Source: Spirochaetia bacterium (GTDB taxonomy: Bacteria; Spirochaetota; Spirochaetia; UBA9216). From it: a DNA stretch of 64,000 nucleotides. Position numbers and translations under genes: made by a program. Every line of letters starts with the position of its first letter. The first letter of the stretch is position 1. Positions 50,178-59,400 of the stretch are shown piece by piece. The notes beneath the pieces were generated by a model that saw only the letters and a list, made by a program, of their open reading frames with translations, did no database searches and was not told the DNA's origin. The DNA is taken from NCBI GenBank assembly GCA_963675665.1, contig OY776510.1, forward strand, positions 3,104,001 through 3,168,000, in the 5' to 3' direction.

Positions 50178-50617
50178 AATTTGATGAAATAAATCTTCAG
50201 ATAATCAAACATCTGAGAGATGGAAGAAAATCATTTAAAGTAATCGCGGATGAATTGTCTATCACCGAGAACACTGTAAGGGCAAGAGTGAACAGACTGA
50301 TCGACGAAGGAGTTCTGAATATCAGCGGACTGGTAGATCCTGAAAATATACCGGGCCATCAGACCGCCATAATCGGCGTTAAAATCAAGAACATGCGTCT
50401 TGTTGAAAAAGGCGAGGAATTCAGCAACCTGAAGGGAGTGCATAGTGTTGCGGTTGTGACCGGACGCTACGATCTTATAGTGCAGGTTCTGCTGAATGAG
50501 GAATTCAGCCTTCTTGAATTTTATACAAGTGAAGTGACTAAAATTGATGATGTTCAGGATGTCGAGACCTTTATAGTGTATAAAGGCTATAATATAAACG
50601 TACCCTATATTCTTTAA
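50174..50617 (+). CDS. Lrp/AsnC family regulator
   Basis: HTH motif and VTGRYD. Overlaps the serC stop. Confidence 0.9.
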   Translation: MKFDEINLQIIKHLRDGRKSFKVIADELSITENTVRARVNRLIDEGVLNISGLVDPENIPGHQTAIIGVKIKNMRLVEKGEEFSNLKGVHSVAVVTGRYDLIVQVLLNEEFSLLEFYTSEVTKIDDVQDVETFIVYKGYNINVPYIL

Positions 50618-50630
50618 CTGGAGAAGTATC

Positions 50631-51614
50631 ATGGCGGAACTTAAAACGAAGTACATGGGAATTGAACTGGACTCACCTGTAATAGCAGCAAGTTCGGGTT
50701 TAACAGCAACAGTAGATAAGGTGAAAGAGCTTGAACAGGCCGGGGCCGGTGCAGTAGTTCTGAAATCTTTATTCGAAGAGCAGATACTGTTCGACAGTAA
50801 TAAAATGACCGAAGGTTATAATTCTGAAGTGCATGCCGATGCTCTGGATTTTTTCAACGGAATGAGCAGTAACTATTTTCTGGATGAATATCTCGGGTTG
50901 GTTGAGGACTGTAAAAAATCGGTCAACATTCCGGTTATTGCAAGTGTTAACTGTGTTACAAACGGCGCATGGATTAAATATGCAAAAAGATTTGAAAATG
51001 TAGGGGCCGATGCTTTGGAACTTAATGTTTTCAGTCTTCCTGTAAACAAGAAGATGAGCAGTGAAGATTATGAAAATCTTTATTACAATATTGCCAAAGA
51101 GATTAAAGTCGCGGTAGATATTCCCGTAGCCTTAAAAATCAGTCCCCATTTTACCAGCCTTGCGAGGGTGATTGAGAATTTCGCTGATCTTGATATTAAC
51201 GGGCTGGTTCTTTTTAACCGTTTTTACAGGCCTGACATTGATATAGAAAAGCTGAAAATGACGCATGCACCTATTTTAAGCGCAAGCGAAGAGATGTCCC
51301 TTGCGCTGCAATGGATTGCGCTTCTCTCCGGAGAGATAAAGATCGATTTTGCCGCAACGACCGGAATTCACGATGCAAAAGGCGTTATCAAGCAGCTTCT
51401 TGCCGGCGCAAAGGCGGTTCAGCTGTGTACTACTTTGTATAAAAACGGCGCGGGCGTTATTACAAATATTAATAATGAATTAAAAGAATGGATGAAATCA
51501 AAGAATTTCAGCTCTGTAAGCGACTTCAACGGGATGCTCTGTCAGGAAGAGAGCGGCAGTCCCGAGGCCTATGAACGCACACAATACATGAAAGCCGCCG
51601 TTGGAATAAGCTGA
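50631..51614 (+). CDS. Dihydroorotate dehydrogenase-like flavoprotein
   Basis: AVVLKSLFEEQI, LFNRFY.PDID and YERTQYMK motifs. Lacks the ELNxSCPN cysteine. Confidence 0.88.
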   Translation: MAELKTKYMGIELDSPVIAASSGLTATVDKVKELEQAGAGAVVLKSLFEEQILFDSNKMTEGYNSEVHADALDFFNGMSSNYFLDEYLGLVEDCKKSVNIPVIASVNCVTNGAWIKYAKRFENVGADALELNVFSLPVNKKMSSEDYENLYYNIAKEIKVAVDIPVALKISPHFTSLARVIENFADLDINGLVLFNRFYRPDIDIEKLKMTHAPILSASEEMSLALQWIALLSGEIKIDFAATTGIHDAKGVIKQLLAGAKAVQLCTTLYKNGAGVITNINNELKEWMKSKNFSSVSDFNGMLCQEESGSPEAYERTQYMKAAVGIS

Positions 51615-51889
51615 TGAATCTCAGCATTTTTGAAATGCTGATGCTGATATGTTTCGGGGCTGCCTGGCCCCTGAACATATACAAATCAATTCGATCAAAA
51701 TCGACCCAGGGCAAAAGCGTATTTTTTTTGTTTGTAATAAATATCGGCTATATCTCCGGCATGATACACAAGATAGTTTTTAACTATGATCCGGTAATAT
51801 TTCTGTATTTACTGAACTTCGTTATGGTAAGTATAGATATAGTCCTGTTTTATCGGAACCGAAAAATAGAAAAATCATCAGAATGTTAA
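51614..51889 (+). CDS. Small 3-TM PQ-loop/SemiSWEET-like protein
   Basis: WPLNIYKSIRSKSTQGKS followed by hydrophobic helices. Confidence 0.7.
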   Translation: MNLSIFEMLMLICFGAAWPLNIYKSIRSKSTQGKSVFFLFVINIGYISGMIHKIVFNYDPVIFLYLLNFVMVSIDIVLFYRNRKIEKSSEC

Positions 51890-51907
51890 CATCTCCGGGA
51901 GGTTAAA

Positions 51908-52852
51908 ATGAATATTGCAGTTATAGGAATCGGCGGAGTAGGCGGTTATTACGGCGGAAAAATCGCCATGCTTCTGGAAAAGCATGGCGATCTGAATTTG
52001 TATTTTATTGCCAGGGGCCGGCATCTTGAAGAAATTAAAAAGAACGGTCTGCTTCTGGAAACTTCAGACGGCACAATAAAATGCGTACCGTCTCTGGCTA
52101 CGGATAATTTTGATGAACTTCCGGTGCTTGACCTTTGTATAATAACGGTAAAAAGCTACGAACTTGAGAATGTACTTGTAAGATTAACAACGAAAGTGGT
52201 TGCCGGCACGGTGGTGATACCGTTGTTAAACGGTGCGGATATTCATGAACGGGTTAGAAAAATCATCAAAACCGGTGTTGTATTGCCGTCCTGCGTTTAC
52301 ATAATTTCATATATTGAAAAACCGGGGAAGGTTGTTCATAAAAATCCGTCATGTGTTATTCATACCGGAAATGATAATTTGGCGGGTGAAGCTGATAAAA
52401 CCGGAATTACGCGTATCCTTAAGCTTTTCGATAATGCCGGAATTAATTACAAATGGCATGACGACCCTTTTCCTGAGATTTGGAGAAAGTTCCTGTTTAT
52501 TGCATCATTTGCGCTGGTTACTGCAAGGTATAATGCCGTTATCGGAAAGGTCATGGAATCGGAAGAAATGAGCAACAGCGTTAAAGGAATCATTAATGAG
52601 ATTTTCAGGATAGCTGAAGCAAAAGGAATAGCCCTTTCTGCGGAAGCATGCGAAAAAGCTTTCTCCCTGGGCGCCAAATTTGATTATGATTCAACAACGT
52701 CTTTTCAGCGGGATTACAGACAAAATGATAAGCAGGACGAAAGGGATATATTCGGTTCCGCGATAATCCGGATGGGAAGAGAATACAGCGTGGATACCGG
52801 GGAAACAGAGCGAATATTCAGTGAAATAGAAAAAAACAAACCGCAGAAGTAG
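51908..52852 (+). CDS. panE: Ketopantoate reductase
   Basis: GIGGVGGYYG, VKSY, PLLNG, WRKF and SFQRD motifs. Confidence 0.88.
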   Translation: MNIAVIGIGGVGGYYGGKIAMLLEKHGDLNLYFIARGRHLEEIKKNGLLLETSDGTIKCVPSLATDNFDELPVLDLCIITVKSYELENVLVRLTTKVVAGTVVIPLLNGADIHERVRKIIKTGVVLPSCVYIISYIEKPGKVVHKNPSCVIHTGNDNLAGEADKTGITRILKLFDNAGINYKWHDDPFPEIWRKFLFIASFALVTARYNAVIGKVMESEEMSNSVKGIINEIFRIAEAKGIALSAEACEKAFSLGAKFDYDSTTSFQRDYRQNDKQDERDIFGSAIIRMGREYSVDTGETERIFSEIEKNKPQK

Positions 52853-52888
52853 GAAAAAGATAAGTTTGGGTATATTCTTTTTCTCAGG

Positions 52889-53860
52889 ATGAACAAAAAA
52901 TCTTTCACAGTATGTTATCTCACGGTTTTTTTAGTGCTTGTCAGTTCATGTTCAATGAAAGAAGACATTGATTACAGAACAGAAATGCGGAGTTTTGTTG
53001 TCGGTATCAGCAGTTACGCAAAAGAAATGAGCGAAGGTTTTATAATTATTCCGCAGAACGGGATTGAGCTGATTAGTCTAAACGGTGAACCGGAAGGGAA
53101 TTTGGCAACTGCTTATCTTGAGGCAATAGACGGAGCAGGGCAGGAAGATTTATTTTTCGGATACCTGAGCGATGATATTGTAACACCTGCTGACGAGAGT
53201 GAATATTTAAATTCCTTTTTAAACAAGGCCAGGGATAATTCTTTAAAAATCCTTGTTACAGATTATTGTTCGTCGAATACCAATATGGACATTTCGTATT
53301 CATTGAATAATGCCGAAGGTTATATTTCATTTGCCGCAGACAACCGGGAATTGAACAATATTCCCGATTATCCTGCACAAATTTACTCGGAAAACGCAAA
53401 TCAGATATCGGATTTGAATCAGGCCGGAAATTTTCTTTATCTGATAAATACGGAAAATTACGGTTCCAGGAACGATTTTATCAATTCCGTTGAATCCACC
53501 AATTATGATTTAATAATTATGGATTTCTTTTTTAACGACGGCACATCATATTCCAACGCTGAAATTGCGGCAATGAGACAGAAGGCCAACGGCGCTCAAA
53601 GACTTGTAGTTTGCTATTTATCAATCGGTGAGGCCGAAGATTACCGTTACTATTGGAATGAAGACTGGAACAGTAATCCGCCGGCATGGCTTGATGAAGA
53701 AAATCCGGATTGGGACGGAAATTACAAGGTTAAATACTGGCATTCGGACTGGCAGGATATTATTTACGGAAATAACCAGTCATATGTTCAGAGGATTATA
53801 GATGCAGGTTTTGACGGGGCATATCTTGATATTATCGATGCATTTGAGTTTTTTGAATGA
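52889..53860 (+). CDS. Lipoprotein, endo-alpha-1,4-polygalactosaminidase-like (GH114/TM1410-related)
   Basis: Lipobox LVSSC, plus CYLSIGEAEDYRYYW, GFDGAYLD and IIPQNG. Confidence 0.85.
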   Translation: MNKKSFTVCYLTVFLVLVSSCSMKEDIDYRTEMRSFVVGISSYAKEMSEGFIIIPQNGIELISLNGEPEGNLATAYLEAIDGAGQEDLFFGYLSDDIVTPADESEYLNSFLNKARDNSLKILVTDYCSSNTNMDISYSLNNAEGYISFAADNRELNNIPDYPAQIYSENANQISDLNQAGNFLYLINTENYGSRNDFINSVESTNYDLIIMDFFFNDGTSYSNAEIAAMRQKANGAQRLVVCYLSIGEAEDYRYYWNEDWNSNPPAWLDEENPDWDGNYKVKYWHSDWQDIIYGNNQSYVQRIIDAGFDGAYLDIIDAFEFFE

Positions 53861-53884
53861 AAAGCCGGAGAAAAATCTCCGGCT
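53861..53884. terminator. Hairpin terminator between convergent genes
   Basis: AGCCGGAGA-AAAA-TCTCCGGCT. Confidence 0.75.
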
Positions 53885-53891
53885 GATAAGA

Positions 53892-55400
53892 TCAGATAAA
53901 TTTCTCCCGGATTTTTGAACTTACGTAATCCAGAATAGCAACCGTAATAGCAATGAACCATACGGCAATTCCGGCTGATTTATAATCGAGAAGCCTGATG
54001 TACTGAACAAGCAGAAAACCAATACCGCCGCCGCCGACCATACCGATTACGGTAGACATACGTACGTTTATATCCCACCGGTAAATGGTGAAGGACACAA
54101 AAGGCGGTATCATTTGCGGTACTACAGCGAACATTATCGTCTGCAGCCGGTTGGCGCCTGTCGCCTGAATAGCTTCAATCGGGCCCGGATCAATGCTTTC
54201 AATCGCTTCCGAATAAAGTTTCCCGAGGGCGGCAATTGTATGAATCGTAAGAGCAAGAATTCCCGCAAAAGGACCGAGCCCTACCCAAACGACAGCAATC
54301 AGCGCCCAAATCATCGGTTCAATCGAACGCGTAATGTTGAAAAGGGTTCTTACAATATAGTAAATGGTGATTGAAACCCAGGAGCTGGACATAAGGTTGC
54401 GCGCCGCAAGAAAACTCAGCGGTATGGCGAAAATTATACCGAAGAAGGTTGCCATCATCCCCATAAAGATTGTTTCAAGCATAAGCTCAATCGTAAGAAG
54501 CAGCGGTTCGCTGGCATGCAGGGAGCCAACAACCGAGGTCTGCCTGGCTTGAACATGGTGTATCTGCTGCCCGACGGCGCTGGGAGGAGTAAGCCTGTAA
54601 GGGATTACAAGATCAAGTGAGAAGTTTCCCTCGGAATCTGTGGTTAACCCTACATATTTACCGTCCTGGCGCGGTCTGAATTCGTTTCCAATTGAATCTT
54701 CCCAGTATATTTCGGTAAAGGTGTCGGGTTCAAACCCTTTACCTTCAAGATGAATTGTGTCGCCGGCAATCATGTTGTTTTTTTCATCAAGAGTCGACAT
54801 CTTTCCGAATGTAGGAGTTGATTTGATATAAGGTTCTCCTTCAACATATTCAGGCGGCGCAGGCGGATTCACAGTATCGTCAACAAGTATAGCTGCTTTG
54901 GCGCCTATCGAGGTGGTGTCCCTGGTAACGGCTGCTTCCCACGGCCATAAAATCTTGGAAAGAGGGGGCCATGCTTCAGGGAATTCGCGCAGCATCTTGC
55001 CGACATTTATTTCGCTTATCTGCCAGCCGAGCAGGAAGAACATAATCAGAATAAGGGCAAAAACCCCGGCGCCCTTCCTGTGTTTGCCGCCGGCCTCTTT
55101 ATATGAATCGAATATTATCCATATCCAGATTGCGGCAATACCGAGGCAGATGAAAATTATAAAAGCCGGTTGCCGGCTGAAAGATTTGACAAATTTTGCT
55201 GCAAGTCCTGTTTCCCTGTGTGCAATGATATTGAGCCGCCAGATAAAAAGTCCGATTATACTGACAAACGAAAACAGCATAAGCAGACCTCTTCTGAATT
55301 TGAAAGAAAGAATCTGGCCGAGGCCCGGTATTGCGGCTGAAACTACTGCAGCGGCAACCGGAGGAAGAACAGGTTTGTGTTTAGCTTTTTTGTTATCCAT
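53892..55400 (-). CDS. phnE: Phosphonate/phosphite ABC permease with extra domains
   Basis: C-terminal LGKLYSEAIE, YRWDINVR and VGGGGIG motifs. Confidence 0.9.
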   Translation of the reverse strand: MDNKKAKHKPVLPPVAAAVVSAAIPGLGQILSFKFRRGLLMLFSFVSIIGLFIWRLNIIAHRETGLAAKFVKSFSRQPAFIIFICLGIAAIWIWIIFDSYKEAGGKHRKGAGVFALILIMFFLLGWQISEINVGKMLREFPEAWPPLSKILWPWEAAVTRDTTSIGAKAAILVDDTVNPPAPPEYVEGEPYIKSTPTFGKMSTLDEKNNMIAGDTIHLEGKGFEPDTFTEIYWEDSIGNEFRPRQDGKYVGLTTDSEGNFSLDLVIPYRLTPPSAVGQQIHHVQARQTSVVGSLHASEPLLLTIELMLETIFMGMMATFFGIIFAIPLSFLAARNLMSSSWVSITIYYIVRTLFNITRSIEPMIWALIAVVWVGLGPFAGILALTIHTIAALGKLYSEAIESIDPGPIEAIQATGANRLQTIMFAVVPQMIPPFVSFTIYRWDINVRMSTVIGMVGGGGIGFLLVQYIRLLDYKSAGIAVWFIAITVAILDYVSSKIREKFI

Positions 55401-56184
55401 TTTTACCTCCGCTGATAGAGCCTGCATTAACACGTACAGCCTCTTCGCCGTATATCTCCTTGAATTCGGTATCGGTCATTTTTCTGATCTCCGCATTGCT
55501 TCCCTGGTAAACAAGATTGCCGTCTCTGAGACCTATCACCCTGGTCGAATACTGCTGAACAAGATCGAGATAATGAAGACTGCATAATATTGTAATATTG
55601 CGCTGCTTGTTTATGTCTTCAAGATAGCCGAGAATCGAGTGAGCAAGAACAGGATCCAGGCTTGCAACCGGCTCGTCAGCAAGAATCATCTTGGGTTCCT
55701 GCATAAGGGCCCTTGCTATGCCTACACGCTGCTGCTGGCCTCCTGAGAGCTCGTCAGCGCGTTTTTCAGCCTGATCTGCTATTCCTACCATTTTTAAAGC
55801 CTCAAACGCCCGCTTGCGGTCTTGTGAAGGGAAATGATGGAGCAGGCTTGAACTGGGATTTACATAACCGAGCCGCCCCGACAAAACATTTGTTAAAACG
55901 CTTGAACGCTTAACAAGGTTAAAATGCTGAAAGATCATGCCTATCTGACGCCTGATTTCTCTCAGCATTTTATTGTCGGCTTTGGCCACATCAATACCGT
56001 TCCAAAGAATTTCACCTTCGGTAGGTTCTATCAGCCTATTAATGCATCTCAGCAGGGTAGATTTTCCTGAGCCGGACAGGCCGATGACAACAAGAAACTC
56101 TCCGTCTTCAACAGTAAAACTTACATTTTTAAGGGCTTCGGTTCCGTCGTCATATATTTTGGTAAGATTACGGATTTCAAGCAT
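55393..56184 (-). CDS. phnC: Phosphonate ABC ATPase
   Basis: [29 protein letters not shown] and DEPVASLDP motifs. Confidence 0.94.
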   Translation of the reverse strand: MLEIRNLTKIYDDGTEALKNVSFTVEDGEFLVVIGLSGSGKSTLLRCINRLIEPTEGEILWNGIDVAKADNKMLREIRRQIGMIFQHFNLVKRSSVLTNVLSGRLGYVNPSSSLLHHFPSQDRKRAFEALKMVGIADQAEKRADELSGGQQQRVGIARALMQEPKMILADEPVASLDPVLAHSILGYLEDINKQRNITILCSLHYLDLVQQYSTRVIGLRDGNLVYQGSNAEIRKMTDTEFKEIYGEEAVRVNAGSISGGKNG

Positions 56185-56193
56185 TATTCCTCC

Positions 56194-56495
56194 AAAAAAA
56201 AAGGACTGAATAAGAAAGCAGTCCGGTTAAAATACTAATTTATGGATGTTTCAGGTTTTCCGTTTCGGAAAACCTGAAACACCTTATTGAATTAAATAAG
56301 CTGCAGTACAGATTTTATTCAATTATTTGAGGCTCTTTCAAAACTCAAGAAACTTTAGTCTCAGAGTTTCTGAAAGAGCTTCCATAATGTAACTGAAGAA
56401 AAAATTACAACTTCTTATGCTGTAAATAAAAACTTAAAATTGTAATTTTTTTCTTCAAAGCTTCTTGCTAAACTAACCGAGTTTTGCAAGAAGCT
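56194..56495 (-). promoter_or_regulatory. Array of six consecutive stem-loops ending in a terminator-like hairpin with U9
   Basis: Inverted repeats at 56459-56495, 56395-56456, 56329-56382, 56286-56323, 56247-56281 and 56203-56224. Confidence 0.8.
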
Positions 56496-57400
56496 CACTT
56501 ATTAAGTTCTTCGATGCTTAATCCGGCAGCCTGGAGAACCTGTCTGAACGGATCATAGAAAGTATCATCATGCTTTTCAAGTTCAGTCCACTGGTATGCT
56601 GTATTAAGGGCTTCTTTGCCTTCTTCTGTTGCTGCAATTTTCAGCAGTGCTTCAACGATCTTGTCCTGGATCTCTTTATCAAGGCCGGGAATAAACTGTA
56701 CTCCGTCGTTAGGTATATTTTCAGTCAGGGCAATTACAACAACTTTTTCCATAACGTCGGGATAGTCTCCCTCTATTCTGGTTCGTGCGTCCACATATGA
56801 TGCTCCCGCATCCACGTCGCCGTTATAGATTGCAGCAACTACTCCGTCATGGCTTCCGCAGTCAACCACACCTGAAAGTCCGGTTTCCGGATCAACTCCG
56901 GCTGCGCGCATTGTAAGCATCGGTATAATCCAGCCGCTTGTAGACAGGGGGTCGGGCCGCCCGAATGTTTTGCCGTTAAGTTCGGAAACAGCAGAGATTC
57001 CGCTGTCGGCACGAACCATAAGCTGACCGTTATATGTCGGGCTGCCGTATCTGACGGATATGAGTCTGGCTTCGGCTACTCCACGTTCCGCCGCCATTAC
57101 ATAGGCAAAGGTTGCAAGTGAAGCCATATGGGCTTCGGGGGGATCGCTTGACATGGCTTCGATAACGCCTGCATATTCGGTAGCAACGTTTGTTTCGAAG
57201 AAAAGGCCGGTTTCGTCATGAAGCATGTCGGCTACAGCCTGAGCTCCGGACGAAACACGTTCCATCTCGCCCGAGGGTACGAACGACCATATAATCGGGT
57301 TTTCCTCACTCCCAAGGGGGATTTCCTGCTGTCCTCCGGCAAAGGAAACGCCGGTAAGTGCAATCATGATTAGAAGTGACAGTGTAAGAATTTTTTTCAT
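56495..57400 (-). CDS. phnD: Phosphate/phosphite/phosphonate ABC substrate-binding protein
   Basis: STSG, GSHD and IPND motifs. Signal peptide ends in FAGGQQE with no lipobox Cys. Confidence 0.9.
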   Translation of the reverse strand: MKKILTLSLLIMIALTGVSFAGGQQEIPLGSEENPIIWSFVPSGEMERVSSGAQAVADMLHDETGLFFETNVATEYAGVIEAMSSDPPEAHMASLATFAYVMAAERGVAEARLISVRYGSPTYNGQLMVRADSGISAVSELNGKTFGRPDPLSTSGWIIPMLTMRAAGVDPETGLSGVVDCGSHDGVVAAIYNGDVDAGASYVDARTRIEGDYPDVMEKVVVIALTENIPNDGVQFIPGLDKEIQDKIVEALLKIAATEEGKEALNTAYQWTELEKHDDTFYDPFRQVLQAAGLSIEELNK

Positions 57401-57528
57401 TTTTGCCTCCATTTGAATTTTTAACATTTAATTATATGCCCGCCTCATTAAAAGTGCAATCTGAATATCCAAATTATTGAAAAAAGGCGGTATTGCAGTA
57501 GAGATACTAATGCGCTATTATTCAGTTT

Positions 57529-58683
57529 ATGACCAATAATGAAGATCTGTTTGAATTTGAAGATATAAGACCGTACACTGATGCCGAGTATCCGGAGATA
57601 ACGAAGCGACTGGCGCGAAACAAATATTTGCAGGATTTTTTAAGAAACCTGAGATGGCCGAACTGTCCGAAGATGTTCAAGGTGCCGGCAGGAAAACTTG
57701 TTGAATTATTCATAAGGTATGAACTCGGGAAGGTCAGCACTATAGCTGCCTTTCAGAAAGAACTTGTAGTCGGACGGCTTGTACAGTGGATAGTCGACAA
57801 GACAACGGACGGTGTAAGTTGTTCAGGACTTGAAAAGCTTGACAGAAATAAAGCATACCTGTTTATCTCAAACCATCGCGATATTGTTCTTGATGCAACA
57901 CTGATAAATTATTTTATTGTGCATGAAGATTTTGCTACAACCCAGATTGCATTCGGAGATAACCTGCTTATAAACGAATTTGTAAGTGATCTGATAAGAA
58001 TAAATAAATCTTTCATCGTTAAAAGAAATCTGCCTCCGAGAGAACAGTTGCAGGCTTCAATTACGTTATCGAAATATATCAATCATACTCTTGAAACAGG
58101 TGATTCAATCTGGATAGCTCAAAAGGAAGGCAGGTCAAAGGACGGAGCCGATCAAACCAACCCTGCGGTTATAAAAATGTTTTATCTTTCACAGAGAAAA
58201 AGCGGTGTGGAGTTTTCCGATTTTATCAACAAATGCAAAATTGTGCCTGTATCGATCTCATATGAACTGGATCCATGTGATACCCTGAAAGGCTGGGAAG
58301 TTCATAGAAAGGAAACCCGGGAGTTTATAGAAAAAACAAAAACAATGGATCTTGTAAGTATGTGGACCGGTATGAAAGGCTCAAAAGGCAGGGTGCATAT
58401 CCATTATGGTGAACCTTTAAACGGAGAATTCAAAAACGACAAAGATGTTGCTCTTGCGCTGGATCGTGAAATACATCGTGGTTACAGGCTGTGGCCCAGC
58501 AACTACATATCATATGATGAAATTAATAAAACCGGTAAATATGCAGAACATTACAGTGAAGATGAACGCCAGAAGTTTCTGCATCGTTACAGAAAGCTCG
58601 GGCAGCCGGTTCTTGAAAAAGTTCTGGCAATGTATGCAAGGCCTGTTCTTAATCAGGAAGAAGCTGTATTTACAAATGAATAG
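57529..58683 (+). CDS. Glycerol-3-phosphate / lysophospholipid acyltransferase
   Basis: SNHRDIVLD, GDNL, WIAQKEGRSKDG and YE.DPCD motifs. Confidence 0.9.
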   Translation: MTNNEDLFEFEDIRPYTDAEYPEITKRLARNKYLQDFLRNLRWPNCPKMFKVPAGKLVELFIRYELGKVSTIAAFQKELVVGRLVQWIVDKTTDGVSCSGLEKLDRNKAYLFISNHRDIVLDATLINYFIVHEDFATTQIAFGDNLLINEFVSDLIRINKSFIVKRNLPPREQLQASITLSKYINHTLETGDSIWIAQKEGRSKDGADQTNPAVIKMFYLSQRKSGVEFSDFINKCKIVPVSISYELDPCDTLKGWEVHRKETREFIEKTKTMDLVSMWTGMKGSKGRVHIHYGEPLNGEFKNDKDVALALDREIHRGYRLWPSNYISYDEINKTGKYAEHYSEDERQKFLHRYRKLGQPVLEKVLAMYARPVLNQEEAVFTNE

Positions 58684-59356
58684 AAGGTTTCTTGCTGTCG
58701 CCGCTGTATTAATTCTTTTATTGGCGGCAGGATGCGGCAACAGCCCCCCGGAATTAAACCAGATTTACAGTCAGCTTAATTTTCTTAATGAGCCCGGATC
58801 GGAGCGAGTTTGGGCGGAGCTGCTTGTGCTGATGAACGCCGATGATGAAGACGGCTATGACAATCTGGAGTTTATCCATGTTATAAACGAGAAGCAGCAG
58901 CTTTTCTGGACTGTAGACAGCGACAGCAGATCGGAAAGGGACAACCGCGGGATGAAATGGATAGGCGGGCAGCGTTTTATGATGACTGAAGGTGAAATTC
59001 CGCCTCCTGGAGAGTACAGGGTTATAATTACTGACAAAGCGGGGGAAAGAGCTGAAGACGGGATATTTTTGCCGATAGTAAAGGAAATTCCTGCGGCTGA
59101 AGATTTTCCTGAAATAGCTTTTACTGAAGATGATAACATCTTTATTATAAAGAGCGCTGAAAAACGTAATATTATCTCTTTTTACGATTCAGCCGGAAAG
59201 CTTCTTTCTGCTTATGCATCAACCCCCGGAGAGGTTAATATAAGAGCACTAAAAGAGAATGATATATTAACGGATAACTGGAGAAGTATGAGAATATCGT
59301 TTTACAGCGATGCGACAGGAGCCGGTTTAATCTCCGGCCCGTATCAACGGCGGTAG
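58676..59356 (+). CDS. Hypothetical lipoprotein
   Basis: MNRRFLAVAAVLILLLAAGC lipobox. The ATG overlaps the end of the upstream gene. Confidence 0.8.
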   Translation: MNRRFLAVAAVLILLLAAGCGNSPPELNQIYSQLNFLNEPGSERVWAELLVLMNADDEDGYDNLEFIHVINEKQQLFWTVDSDSRSERDNRGMKWIGGQRFMMTEGEIPPPGEYRVIITDKAGERAEDGIFLPIVKEIPAAEDFPEIAFTEDDNIFIIKSAEKRNIISFYDSAGKLLSAYASTPGEVNIRALKENDILTDNWRSMRISFYSDATGAGLISGPYQRR

Positions 59357-59400
59357 GTGAAAAGCTAAATACTTTTTATACATACGACAATGTTAAAAAG

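Noticed and set aside
54898-55587. 229-aa + strand ORF
   Set aside because: Antisense to phnE/phnC with no independent support.
58445-58675. 77-aa N-terminal extension of the lipoprotein ORF
   Set aside because: It overlaps the acyltransferase. The lipoprotein signal peptide begins at the ATG at 58676.
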